This document shows, in pieces, positions 47,698-56,230 of a DNA stretch of 64,000 nt. Within the stretch, counting starts at the first letter, position 1; each line of letters starts with the position of its first letter. The stretch is from the NCBI GenBank assembly GCA_964467985.1, contig CAYXTP010000004.1, positions 152,874 to 216,873 of the forward strand, in the 5' to 3' direction. Both the position numbers and the translations under genes were made by a program. The notes under the pieces are model-generated. The model made no database searches, was not told where the DNA came from, and worked only from the letters and a program-made list of their open reading frames with translations. This stretch comes from an uncultured Planctomycetaceae bacterium (GTDB taxonomy: Bacteria; Planctomycetota; UBA1135; GCA-002686595).

Positions 47698-49248
47698 TCA
47701 AGGACTCTCGATACCCCATAGCGGGCGCACCCAAAGCTGAAAGACGAGCGTGATCAGCGCTACGGCAAGGAGGTTGATCCAGATCCCCGCGCGCACCATG
47801 GCCGAAATGGGAACGCAGCGGCTCGAGAAAACGACGGCGTTGGGCGGCGTCGCCACGGGCAGCATGAAGGCGGCCGAGGCAGCCATCGTGGCGGGGACCA
47901 TGACGAGTAGTGGGTCCAATCCGGCCGCCACTCCCGCCGAGGCGATGACGGGCAAGAGCACGGCGGTGGTCGCCGTGTTGGAAGTCACCTCGGTCAGCGT
48001 GCTCATGAATAGGGCGATGCCGGGCACGATCCACCAACTGGAAGTGTCGCGCATCAGCGGGGCCAAGCCCGAGCCGAGCAACTCATCGAGCCCGCTCACT
48101 TGAAAGCCTTTGGCCAGACAGAATCCTCCGCCCAGCAGTAACAAGACCTCCCAAGGCAACTTGACCGCCGTTCGCCAGTTCATGAGGAACTTGCCGCGCC
48201 CGACAGGGATTACAAAACAAGCGATGGCCATGAGCGATGCCACCGTGGCATCGGAGATATCGTTCTTGTGCTGAGCGTACCAGCTGGGGTCGTTCGCCTC
48301 TGGCCCCAGGAACAGGCGCGACCAACCACGCATGCTGAGGGCACCGAGCTGCAGATCCGCGCGCGTCACCCACAGCAGCGCCGTACACAGGAACACGCCG
48401 GACATGATCCACTGTGGCCGAGTCACTGGCCCCAGGGCGGCGCGCTCGGCAGAGATGACGTCCGCCTCTCCACTGGCCCCACGCTCGAGGTGAAACACGA
48501 CGCGTGTCAAGATCCACCAGGCGCACGGAACGAACACCACGACGAGTGGTACCCAGCCCAAAAACCACTGGCCAAAACTGATCTTGGGACCGTCCGGAAA
48601 ACGCATTTCGAACTGGCCGAGGAACTCCTGGTTGGGAGCTGTTCCGACTGGGGTGCCCATGCCACCCACCGAGGCCGAATAGGCGACTCCGAGGAGCAGA
48701 CACAGTCCGAACGGAGACGAGGCCATGCGCTCACCCTCGATGCGAGACAACACGGCCACAGCGATGGGCAGCATCAGCAGGGTCGTCGCGGTGTTGTTGA
48801 TCCATAGGGACAGGAAGGCCGCCGCGGCCATGAACCCCAGGACCAAGCTGCGCCGGGAATCGCCCACGCGCGAGATGATCCATAGCGCGATACGGCGGTG
48901 AACACCCCAGCGTTCCAAACCGAGGGCGATGATGAACGCCCCGATGAAAAGCATCACCAGGTCACGCATGTAGACTGGAGCCACATCACGGGCCGGAAGC
49001 ACACCGAGCAGCGGAAAGAGCACGGCGGGCAGCAGTGATGTCGCTCCAATCGGCAGGGCCACTGTGATCCATAGGGTGGCCGTCAGTGCGGTGGTCGCCG
49101 CCACGGCCCGCTGAGCTCCATCCAGCCCAAGTCCAGGCCAGACGAGGAAGAAGGCGAACATTCCCACGCCCAGGCCAAGACCCAGACGCCGGGCGCCTGG
49201 ACTGCCTCGCTCCTCGCCTAGCTGGTCCGTCGAGTGAGGATGACGCAT
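47698..49248 (-). CDS. DASS/SLC13-family anion:sodium symporter
   Basis: Two hairpin SNT motifs (LWINNTATTLLMLPIA and EVTSNTATTAVLLPVI). Polytopic, 516 aa. Confidence 0.85.
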   Translation of the reverse strand: MRHPHSTDQLGEERGSPGARRLGLGLGVGMFAFFLVWPGLGLDGAQRAVAATTALTATLWITVALPIGATSLLPAVLFPLLGVLPARDVAPVYMRDLVMLFIGAFIIALGLERWGVHRRIALWIISRVGDSRRSLVLGFMAAAAFLSLWINNTATTLLMLPIAVAVLSRIEGERMASSPFGLCLLLGVAYSASVGGMGTPVGTAPNQEFLGQFEMRFPDGPKISFGQWFLGWVPLVVVFVPCAWWILTRVVFHLERGASGEADVISAERAALGPVTRPQWIMSGVFLCTALLWVTRADLQLGALSMRGWSRLFLGPEANDPSWYAQHKNDISDATVASLMAIACFVIPVGRGKFLMNWRTAVKLPWEVLLLLGGGFCLAKGFQVSGLDELLGSGLAPLMRDTSSWWIVPGIALFMSTLTEVTSNTATTAVLLPVIASAGVAAGLDPLLVMVPATMAASAAFMLPVATPPNAVVFSSRCVPISAMVRAGIWINLLAVALITLVFQLWVRPLWGIESP

Positions 49249-49257
49249 CGTTGCTAG

Positions 49258-49605
49258 TTACTCTCCAGCCTCAGAATCCGCACCGGTGACTTCGTTTACC
49301 CATTGGGCGTAATGCGACTCCACGTGGGAGGCCGGCAAGGCCACGATTTGGGGGACGTCAAACGGGTGCAAGACGCGCACGCGCTGCTCAAGCTCCGACC
49401 AAGTCTGCTCGCGGGCCTTGAGGATCATGAGCACTTCTGCGGATCGTTCGAGTTGCCCCTGCCACCAGTAGTGGCTGGCAAGGCCGGGGAGAATCTGCAC
49501 GCAGGCAACGAGTCGCTCCTTCAGAAGTGTCTCGGCCATGCTCTGCGCCTGTGCCTCATCGGGTGCAGTCACAAGCACGACCAAGAGGGACATCGCCGAA
49601 TCCAT
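49258..49605 (-). CDS. cutA: Divalent-cation tolerance protein CutA
   Basis: LLVVLVTAPDEAQAQSMAETLLKERLVACVQI...YWWQGQLERSAEVLMILK...HPFDVPQIVALP is the CutA1 fold signature. The start is at MDSAMS (or 49593), and the tracked 191-aa ORF extension is rejected. The gene ends 9 nt before the DASS gene. Confidence 0.8.
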   Translation of the reverse strand: MDSAMSLLVVLVTAPDEAQAQSMAETLLKERLVACVQILPGLASHYWWQGQLERSAEVLMILKAREQTWSELEQRVRVLHPFDVPQIVALPASHVESHYAQWVNEVTGADSEAGE

Positions 49606-49672
49606 GGGCGCAGGATAGCGTCCTTGAGGGCGAGACAACGAGGGCCCCTTCGAACTAGACTGGTCGCTCTCC

Positions 49673-50566
49673 ATGGGAATTCTCCATAGTTGCATCATGG
49701 GCGTCCTGCCCTGGGTCCCGCACACGATCATGCGCCGCCTCTCGGCTCGGTACATCGCCGGGGAGAGTCTGCCTGAGGCCCTGGCAGTCTTGCAGGCCAA
49801 TGCCGCGCGCGGGTTCCCAGGCGTCCTGGACATTCTGGGTGAGGGCGTGGCGGACGAATCGGCCGCGCGTGCGGCATTGGTCGCCTACAAGCGCGATGCC
49901 AGCACCCTGCACGAGGCCGGGCTCGACGCGTATGTCTCGGTCAAACCCACCCACTTCGGCTTGGCCTTGAGCCAGGAACTCGCGTTCGAACTCTACAGCG
50001 ATCTCGCGCAACACTGCCAGGCGCTTGGTCAGACGATGCGCGTGGAAATGGAAGACCACCCCACGACCGATGCGACACTCGAACTGTTCAGGCGCCTGCG
50101 TGCCCAATTCGATCCGGTGGGCATCGTGCTGCAAGCGCGGCTCTTTCGGACACCAGATGACATCGCGGCATTCGACTCCCAGAACGTGGACATCCGCATG
50201 GTGAAGGGCATTTACCTCGAGCCGCCGTCCATCGCGCATTGCGATCGAGCACCGATCCAGGAGGCCTTCATTGAGTGCTGCCGCCAAGCGTGGACCGCCG
50301 GACACCGGGTCGCCTTGGCCACCCATGATGGGGACATGGCTGAGCGCTGCCTGGCCGTGGCTCGAGAACTGCAGGTCCAACCGGACAGGATGGAATTCGA
50401 AGTCCTGCTAGGCGTCCAAGAACCGCTCTGGGATCATTGGCGTCAAGCAGGACATCGCGTGCGCGTCTACGTGCCCTACGGTCCAGAGTGGCGCTCGTAC
50501 TCGGAACGGCGACTGCGCAAGAACCCAGAGATTCTCGGGCACTTGATGCGCAACTTCTTCCGTTAG
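49673..50566 (+). CDS. Proline dehydrogenase family protein
   Basis: ARYIAGESLPEALAVL, LDILGE, VSVKPTHFGL, VRVEMED, GIVLQARL, RMVKGIY and ATHD match monofunctional PRODH. An alternative start lies at 49697. Confidence 0.8.
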   Translation: MGILHSCIMGVLPWVPHTIMRRLSARYIAGESLPEALAVLQANAARGFPGVLDILGEGVADESAARAALVAYKRDASTLHEAGLDAYVSVKPTHFGLALSQELAFELYSDLAQHCQALGQTMRVEMEDHPTTDATLELFRRLRAQFDPVGIVLQARLFRTPDDIAAFDSQNVDIRMVKGIYLEPPSIAHCDRAPIQEAFIECCRQAWTAGHRVALATHDGDMAERCLAVARELQVQPDRMEFEVLLGVQEPLWDHWRQAGHRVRVYVPYGPEWRSYSERRLRKNPEILGHLMRNFFR

Positions 50567-50617
50567 GCGGCCGCGAGCGCATCCGAATCCGCGGCTACTC
50601 GTTCAACCCAAGCAGAC

Positions 50618-51379
50618 CTACTTGCCCATCTGCAGGCGCCGCGCGAGCATCTCGCTGAGCGCCCCCGTGGCCAAGATCTTGTCCATGGTGGCGCGGTAGT
50701 CATAGGGCACCCTGTGCCACGTCACCTGATGCTCTTCCAAGACGGCGTAGCAGGCGCGGTTGTCGTTGTCCCTCGGCTGGCCGACCGAACCGATGTTAAT
50801 AAACGCCTGCCTGCCTTCTGGGAGGGCGATCGTGTGTTGTGCGCGACCACCAAGTCCGGAGAACTGCAGATCTTCCCAAAAGATGCCCGGGTAGTGGGTG
50901 TGCCCGCCCAGAGCCACGCCCTCGAATGAGCCAAACACCGCTCTCAGCTTGTCGGGATTCAACATGCCGTCGGTGGATAAAACGTATTCACGCACCGGGT
51001 CCCTGGGAGACCCGTGCACAAACAGGAAGCGTCCTTCGCGGTAGGTGAAGTCCAAGTCCTGTAGCCACTTCCAACGCGCCTTGCGCTCACTGCTGCTGTA
51101 CCAACGTGGTCGCATGCGCTCGCGCGTGTAGTCAATCGCACCGCGCGCGTGGGGATTGAAGTCTGCCCCCCCGTGAAACAAGGCCTCGTCGTGGTTACCC
51201 ATGAGGGTGACTTCTGCGTGACCCCTGACCAAGTCCACGCAAAACTCGGGTTCGGGGCCGTACCCGACGATGTCCCCCAGACAAAACAGACGCTCGATGC
51301 CTTGCAAGCGGATGTGCTCGAACACGGCTTCGAGAGCCTCCCGATTGGAGTGCAGGTCGGAGATCAGGGCGACTTTCAT
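50618..51379 (-). CDS. Metallophosphoesterase (calcineurin-like, YfcE/MJ0936-type)
   Basis: ISDLHSN, CLGDIVGYGP, GNHD, VHGSP and GHTH metal-ligand motifs appear in canonical order. Confidence 0.85.
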   Translation of the reverse strand: MKVALISDLHSNREALEAVFEHIRLQGIERLFCLGDIVGYGPEPEFCVDLVRGHAEVTLMGNHDEALFHGGADFNPHARGAIDYTRERMRPRWYSSSERKARWKWLQDLDFTYREGRFLFVHGSPRDPVREYVLSTDGMLNPDKLRAVFGSFEGVALGGHTHYPGIFWEDLQFSGLGGRAQHTIALPEGRQAFINIGSVGQPRDNDNRACYAVLEEHQVTWHRVPYDYRATMDKILATGALSEMLARRLQMGK

Positions 51380-52623
51380 AGGCCCCTCATGCTAGCGCCG
51401 TTGGAGGATGTCGCGGGGGGAGAGATGACGAACGGACGGCCGGCCAGGGAGAGGGTGGACACTACGGGACAGCCCGCGGTCAATTCGTCGAGTAGCGCTC
51501 GCGATTGATTGGACTCCACCTCGAGGAGCACCAGATCGGCCCGGGCACCCGGCGCCAAGCAGCCTACCTGCCCCTGCATGCCGATTGCACGTGCGGAGCC
51601 GACGGTCGCCATTCTCCAGACTTCCAGCGGGTCGAGGCCAGGGTAGTCTTGGCGCATGAGAGCCATCTCCACACGCATGTCCAAGGCCGAATTGCTGGCG
51701 AGTGAGTCTGTACCGAGGGCCAGATTGACGCCGGCGCGTCGGAAGTCATCGAGGGCAAACGGCTCTCGCCCAAAGAAGCGATGACTGCCCGGGCAGTGAA
51801 TCAGACTGGTTCCTGAGGCGGCCAGCCGCTCGGGGTCCCCGGGACTGGGGAGGTTCCCGTGGACTAAGCTCGTACGGGGTCCCAGCAGGCCTGCATCCTC
51901 GAGCAGGTCGAGTCCCGAGCGCAGGGGGGATGGGCCTAGGTGCTCGGCCAAGGGGCCTCGCCCGTGCAGCAGGTACTCCTGCTCCTCCTCGCTCTCCGCC
52001 CAGTGCACCGTCACAGGTAAGTCTCGCTGACTGGCCATCGTTGCCAGCTGAGCCCCAAGGCTCGGACTGACGCTGTAGGGGGCGTGGGGCGAAATCGCGC
52101 CGGGAACATCGGTGGCGGCCAAGCGCTGCTCCAAGTCCTCGATTGCGGATCCGGTCCTGTCAGGCTGGCCGGCATCGAGGCACTCGTGATACAGGCGCGC
52201 GGCCATTTCGGTGTGGACGGCCCATTCCGAACTGACACCAAGACTCGAGATCTCGCCCACGCAGGTGCACCCACTGGACAGCAGGGCCTCGGCCCCTTGC
52301 TCGACAGCGCCCCTCAGGTCTTCCTGACTGCACTGAGCTCGTTCTCGAAGCAGATCGGCAATCCAGTCCGCAAAGAGACCGCTGCCCGAGAGGCGCCCGC
52401 CTAGGCCGGTCAACTCCAGGTGCGCGTGCGCATTGACGAGGCCGGGACAGAGGATTCCCTCCCCCAGGTCAAGCACCTCGGAACCCAACTGACTGGCTAG
52501 GCTGCGTAGGGAAGCCTCGCCGAATACGACCTGCACGACCTGCCCACTCTCTACGTGCACGGCGCCGTTGCCCATTGGGCCGCGGTCGTCATCCAAGATC
52601 CACTGGGCACGTATCAGACCCAT
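51376..52623 (-). CDS. Amidohydrolase-superfamily deaminase/chlorohydrolase-like protein (MtaD/SsnA/aminofutalosine-deaminase-like)
   Basis: CPGLVNAHAHLELT metal-binding motif, later HWAESEEE, and LALGTDSLASN. There is a 4-nt overlap with the phosphoesterase gene. Confidence 0.8.
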   Translation of the reverse strand: MGLIRAQWILDDDRGPMGNGAVHVESGQVVQVVFGEASLRSLASQLGSEVLDLGEGILCPGLVNAHAHLELTGLGGRLSGSGLFADWIADLLRERAQCSQEDLRGAVEQGAEALLSSGCTCVGEISSLGVSSEWAVHTEMAARLYHECLDAGQPDRTGSAIEDLEQRLAATDVPGAISPHAPYSVSPSLGAQLATMASQRDLPVTVHWAESEEEQEYLLHGRGPLAEHLGPSPLRSGLDLLEDAGLLGPRTSLVHGNLPSPGDPERLAASGTSLIHCPGSHRFFGREPFALDDFRRAGVNLALGTDSLASNSALDMRVEMALMRQDYPGLDPLEVWRMATVGSARAIGMQGQVGCLAPGARADLVLLEVESNQSRALLDELTAGCPVVSTLSLAGRPFVISPPATSSNGASMRGL

Positions 52624-52660
52624 GCCTTCACCTGCGGGGGAAGGCCCCGCCCTGTGAGCA

Positions 52661-55600
52661 TCAGTCGGGAACCACGCGCACGCGCAAGTTGGTCACCCCG
52701 GCTACATCTGCCAGCACGTCGCCAGGAACATCTGCCCCCTGTGACGTCCCGTCAAAAATGATCGCGAAGCGGATCATGTTGGGAGTCGTGGAGAAGTTGT
52801 TGAACATGTCGGGATGATCCACCCAGGGGGTGACGGAGGCCGGGTCGATTCCGGCGAACAGATCATTGACGTCCCCGTTGCACAGGTCCGTGGTTCCATC
52901 CGTACGCGCTCCCTGGAAGCGAATCACTACGGGAGCTGCGGTGACCGATCCGCCCTGTGTGCCCAGACTGATTCCGAATTCATTCTCCCATGAGTTGCTC
53001 AATAGGCCGTTTGCACCACGGAACGGAATCGTGACCTCCGGCCCACCACCCGGGGTGTACAGGATATCCATATTCCAGCCCATCTTGTCCGGATCGCCGG
53101 TGTTGTCATCCTCTTCGTCAGAGACGAAGAACAGCGAGAAGAACGTGCCGGATGGTTGCAGCCAGCAGGACATGGAAGCCGAGATCGAATCCGGGCGGTG
53201 AGTCGTGGCCGACCATCCGGGCCCGTCGAGAGCGTTCTGACCGTTGTCCACGCTGATCCATGAAAGGGAATCATCAACGGGGTCATAGGGCAGGACGGAT
53301 GAAGCGATGAGTGAGCGCGAGACTCCTCCAGCGACGTCCTCGACGCGCAGGAGTCCGGGACTGCCGGCTCCACCCTGGGAGAGGCTCCATACACCGGCAC
53401 CACCCAGGCCGCCGCTAATGTCGATGGTGCCCGCTAGGGACGCGATGTCGACCACCATGCTCTGCAGCTTGATGGCCCCACCGGATCCCCCCCCACCGGG
53501 AGTTGCGAACTGAGTGAAGTCCACTGTCCACGTGCTCGCGTCACACATGAAGTTGCTTAGAGCGGCACGCGCTTGGCCGCCCTGACCACCAACGGCCTTG
53601 ATCTGGCCATCCACGGCCAGGCGCTTGCCCGCGGTGAGCTGCAGGGCACCGCCACCGCCGCCGCCCATGGCGCCTGAGTGATCGTGCCAGGCCTTGAAGA
53701 AGTTGTTGACGCTGATGCAGCCGATGTCGAGCCCGAGGGGATCCCACGCAAAGGAGCCGTGCGGGTGGTTGCCTCCCCCTCCACCGCCCGAGCCGCCGCG
53801 CAGGAACCCGTCCCACCAATTGAGCAGGCGTTGGCTGTAGCCCACGTTGTCCTCCGCGGGAGCTTCGATGCCGATGGTGGAACTGTCCCCCCCGGGTGTG
53901 TCGGGCGCACCGTTGTCCTGACCTGCGGGAGCGAGAGCGGTTGAGAGGGTCGAATCCGAGGTTCCGATTCCACCATCCAGAGAGTAAGCCCCTCCTGATC
54001 CCACACCGCCGACCATCATGCTACGGCACTCCAGGTTGGAATCGTTCGCGTTGTAGGTATTCACCCGGTTGAAGCCGAGCCCCTGGCTGTTGTTGTCCGC
54101 TGTGGTGTTGGTGTTCACGATGGGGTAGTTCGTCGGGTATTGGACTCCGCCAACCCCGCTGCCCAAACCGACAGAGCGTCCCACACCCATGCCTGCCCGG
54201 CCTTGGGTGTTGGCGCCGAAGTTCGCGATCACGTCGTTTTCGCAGAGCCCCAGGGCCGCCATGGCAGCATTCACGCTCATGTCAAATCGGTCACCGCCAA
54301 AGCCTCCGTCGGCACCCCCAGCAGGAGCCACGGGCACGCTCAGTTGGGTTTCAGGGTCCACGATGCTTGAGTCATGATCTGCAGGCTGCACTCCGCTCAG
54401 GTCCAGAATAGATCCCGAACCAATATTGGCGAAACCCCGCACGTACAAGCGCGCGGGCTGTGATCCGATCAACACCAGCTTGGAACCCGAATCCAACGTC
54501 AGCGACTGGAATTCAAAAGCACCATCCGTGACCGTGATCGAATCAGGGTAGTTGCCCAAGGTGCTGGGAAAGTTCACCGCATCCGCATTGCCGAGGAGGT
54601 CCGGAAGCAAGTCAAGGGCCAAGCCATCCACAATCCCGAGGGGGAAGTTCTGCGAATCGGTGTTCAAGACGAGGGTCTGCCCGCCCTGCACACGCAGATC
54701 TCCCAGTCGACCCGAACCACCACCCACTCCGCGGGTCAAGCGGCCGCCGCCCCAGAAGGCTCCGCTGCGTTGGCCGTCCTCGTTTGAATTCGGGTCCGGC
54801 CACGAAAGCAGGAAATCCTCTCCCCCGTCCGGTACGAGAACCTCGCCCAACTGAGGCAGTTCGGTGATGAAGGAGTGGGTCCCTCCGCCTACGCCGATCG
54901 GATTCGCGACAAGGTCCTGAACGGCCGGCGGCAGGGTCAGCACAATGCGGCGAGGATTGAGGGGCGCGTTGGGACCCGCCGAGGGCAAAGGCACATCGGT
55001 CACAAACAGCAACGTGGTCGTGAGCTGTGCGAGATCCACTGAAAACGAGAATCGCCCCGAGATGGGTGTGCGATCCGGAGTCGCCAAGTCTCCGTCCTCA
55101 TCCACGTCCACGGCGATAGACGGGGAGGCGCCAGTGGAAGGATTCAGAAGAGTGGCGACGTTCATCACATCGTCGAACTCGAAGCGGATCGCGGTTTGAC
55201 GGTAGACGTCGTCGAGCTCAGTGCCCCCGTTGAGCAAGACGTCGGAGACAACGATTGGCGTTCCGTCAGCCTCGTAGCCCACGACCTGATCCACAAACAT
55301 CTGGGCGGACGGCCGCCCGGGCACCGGGTCGATCACACCCTCAGTGGTCTTGATTGTGCACTGCATGCGGCTCTTGTTCCTGATGCCTAGCGTGCTCTGG
55401 ATGAAGGGCCCGAAGTCCGACTGGGCCAGGCCGGGCAGAAAGATCCTGTAGGAGGTCGAGGAGGCAAATCCATGGATCGGCGTGCCGTTCTGATCAAAGG
55501 TCAATGACGGTCGAAAGATCAGGCGGCGCGGGTTCGTAGGGTCGGTAAAGAATTGCCCCGAAGGGGTCGTTCCGTTGGCCACGTCCGTCACCCTGAAGGA

Positions 55601-55846
55601 GCTGGAGTTGACGCTGAACAGGTCAAAGGGCTCCGAGAAGATGATCGAAATCTCCTGGTTCTGATACGTGTTGGCGATGGCGCAATTGACCTCGTTGCTC
55701 GTCACGCCATCTGTGCAACCCAGGGTGCACGAGACGATATAGAAACTGCCTTCGGAGGGAGTGGTGCCACTCTCAGTGGAACAGCCCGACAACAGGGCGA
55801 GGGCCGAGAGAGAGAGGGCGACAGGAGAGATGCGCGGCGTCCACAT
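52661..55846 (-). CDS. Giant lipoprotein A (1,061 aa): N-terminal Ig-like (SbsA/Big_5-like) domains plus a glycine-block region; family unknown
   Basis: Lipobox LLSGC. Ig-like segment NQEISIIFSEPFDLFSVNSSSFRVTDV...RLIFRPS. There are multiple conserved poly-Gly blocks. It is a collinear paralogue of 56231-59440. Confidence 0.85.
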   Translation of the reverse strand: MWTPRISPVALSLSALALLSGCSTESGTTPSEGSFYIVSCTLGCTDGVTSNEVNCAIANTYQNQEISIIFSEPFDLFSVNSSSFRVTDVANGTTPSGQFFTDPTNPRRLIFRPSLTFDQNGTPIHGFASSTSYRIFLPGLAQSDFGPFIQSTLGIRNKSRMQCTIKTTEGVIDPVPGRPSAQMFVDQVVGYEADGTPIVVSDVLLNGGTELDDVYRQTAIRFEFDDVMNVATLLNPSTGASPSIAVDVDEDGDLATPDRTPISGRFSFSVDLAQLTTTLLFVTDVPLPSAGPNAPLNPRRIVLTLPPAVQDLVANPIGVGGGTHSFITELPQLGEVLVPDGGEDFLLSWPDPNSNEDGQRSGAFWGGGRLTRGVGGGSGRLGDLRVQGGQTLVLNTDSQNFPLGIVDGLALDLLPDLLGNADAVNFPSTLGNYPDSITVTDGAFEFQSLTLDSGSKLVLIGSQPARLYVRGFANIGSGSILDLSGVQPADHDSSIVDPETQLSVPVAPAGGADGGFGGDRFDMSVNAAMAALGLCENDVIANFGANTQGRAGMGVGRSVGLGSGVGGVQYPTNYPIVNTNTTADNNSQGLGFNRVNTYNANDSNLECRSMMVGGVGSGGAYSLDGGIGTSDSTLSTALAPAGQDNGAPDTPGGDSSTIGIEAPAEDNVGYSQRLLNWWDGFLRGGSGGGGGGNHPHGSFAWDPLGLDIGCISVNNFFKAWHDHSGAMGGGGGGALQLTAGKRLAVDGQIKAVGGQGGQARAALSNFMCDASTWTVDFTQFATPGGGGSGGAIKLQSMVVDIASLAGTIDISGGLGGAGVWSLSQGGAGSPGLLRVEDVAGGVSRSLIASSVLPYDPVDDSLSWISVDNGQNALDGPGWSATTHRPDSISASMSCWLQPSGTFFSLFFVSDEEDDNTGDPDKMGWNMDILYTPGGGPEVTIPFRGANGLLSNSWENEFGISLGTQGGSVTAAPVVIRFQGARTDGTTDLCNGDVNDLFAGIDPASVTPWVDHPDMFNNFSTTPNMIRFAIIFDGTSQGADVPGDVLADVAGVTNLRVRVVPD

Positions 55847-56120
55847 GGGTCAAACGTCGTTGATTGGGGGACAGGGAAACGGAGCAATTCGCGGCCACGA
55901 TCCTACAGCAAGCACGCCACTTGCACTCCCACCCAACCAGGCTTCTTGGGTGTAATTGCGAAGGCCTGCCCTGGCCCATCGCCAGCCCCGCCCTCTGGCA
56001 GAGCCGGAGTGTCTGGCGCGGCAGAGCGCAGCGGTGTAGCCCCGATCTTGCACCTCCCCCAAGGTGGCAAGCGAGTCAGCACGCCAACACCTTACCCAAG
56101 ATGCAGCACGCCCGAGCCCC

Positions 56121-56161
56121 GCGCGGGACGCGCCTGGTGGGTCCAGCGCGGGACGCGCCTG
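56121..56161. repeat. 16-nt direct repeat GCGCGGGACGCGCCTG x2 (25-bp period) in the spacer between the two giant lipoprotein genes
   Basis: Read directly: copies at 56121-56136 and 56146-56161. Each copy contains the mini-palindrome GCGCG-GGA-CGCGC. Confidence 0.8.
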
Positions 56162-56230
56162 CTAGCACCTGGTCCCGGCCATGTGCAAGGCGGGCCTCGG
56201 CCGAGCTACAGGAACTCCGATTGTGGCCGG

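Noticed and set aside
55850-56062. 70-aa minus-strand ORF filling the spacer between the giant lipoprotein genes and ending 3 nt before the lipoprotein A start (possible upstream ORF)
   Set aside because: Its composition (Arg/Gly/Ala/Trp-rich: MGEVQDRGYTAALCRARHSGSARGRGWRWARAG…) looks like random GC-rich translation. It has no signal, TM or motif. It would only be worth revisiting if conserved in orthologous spacers.
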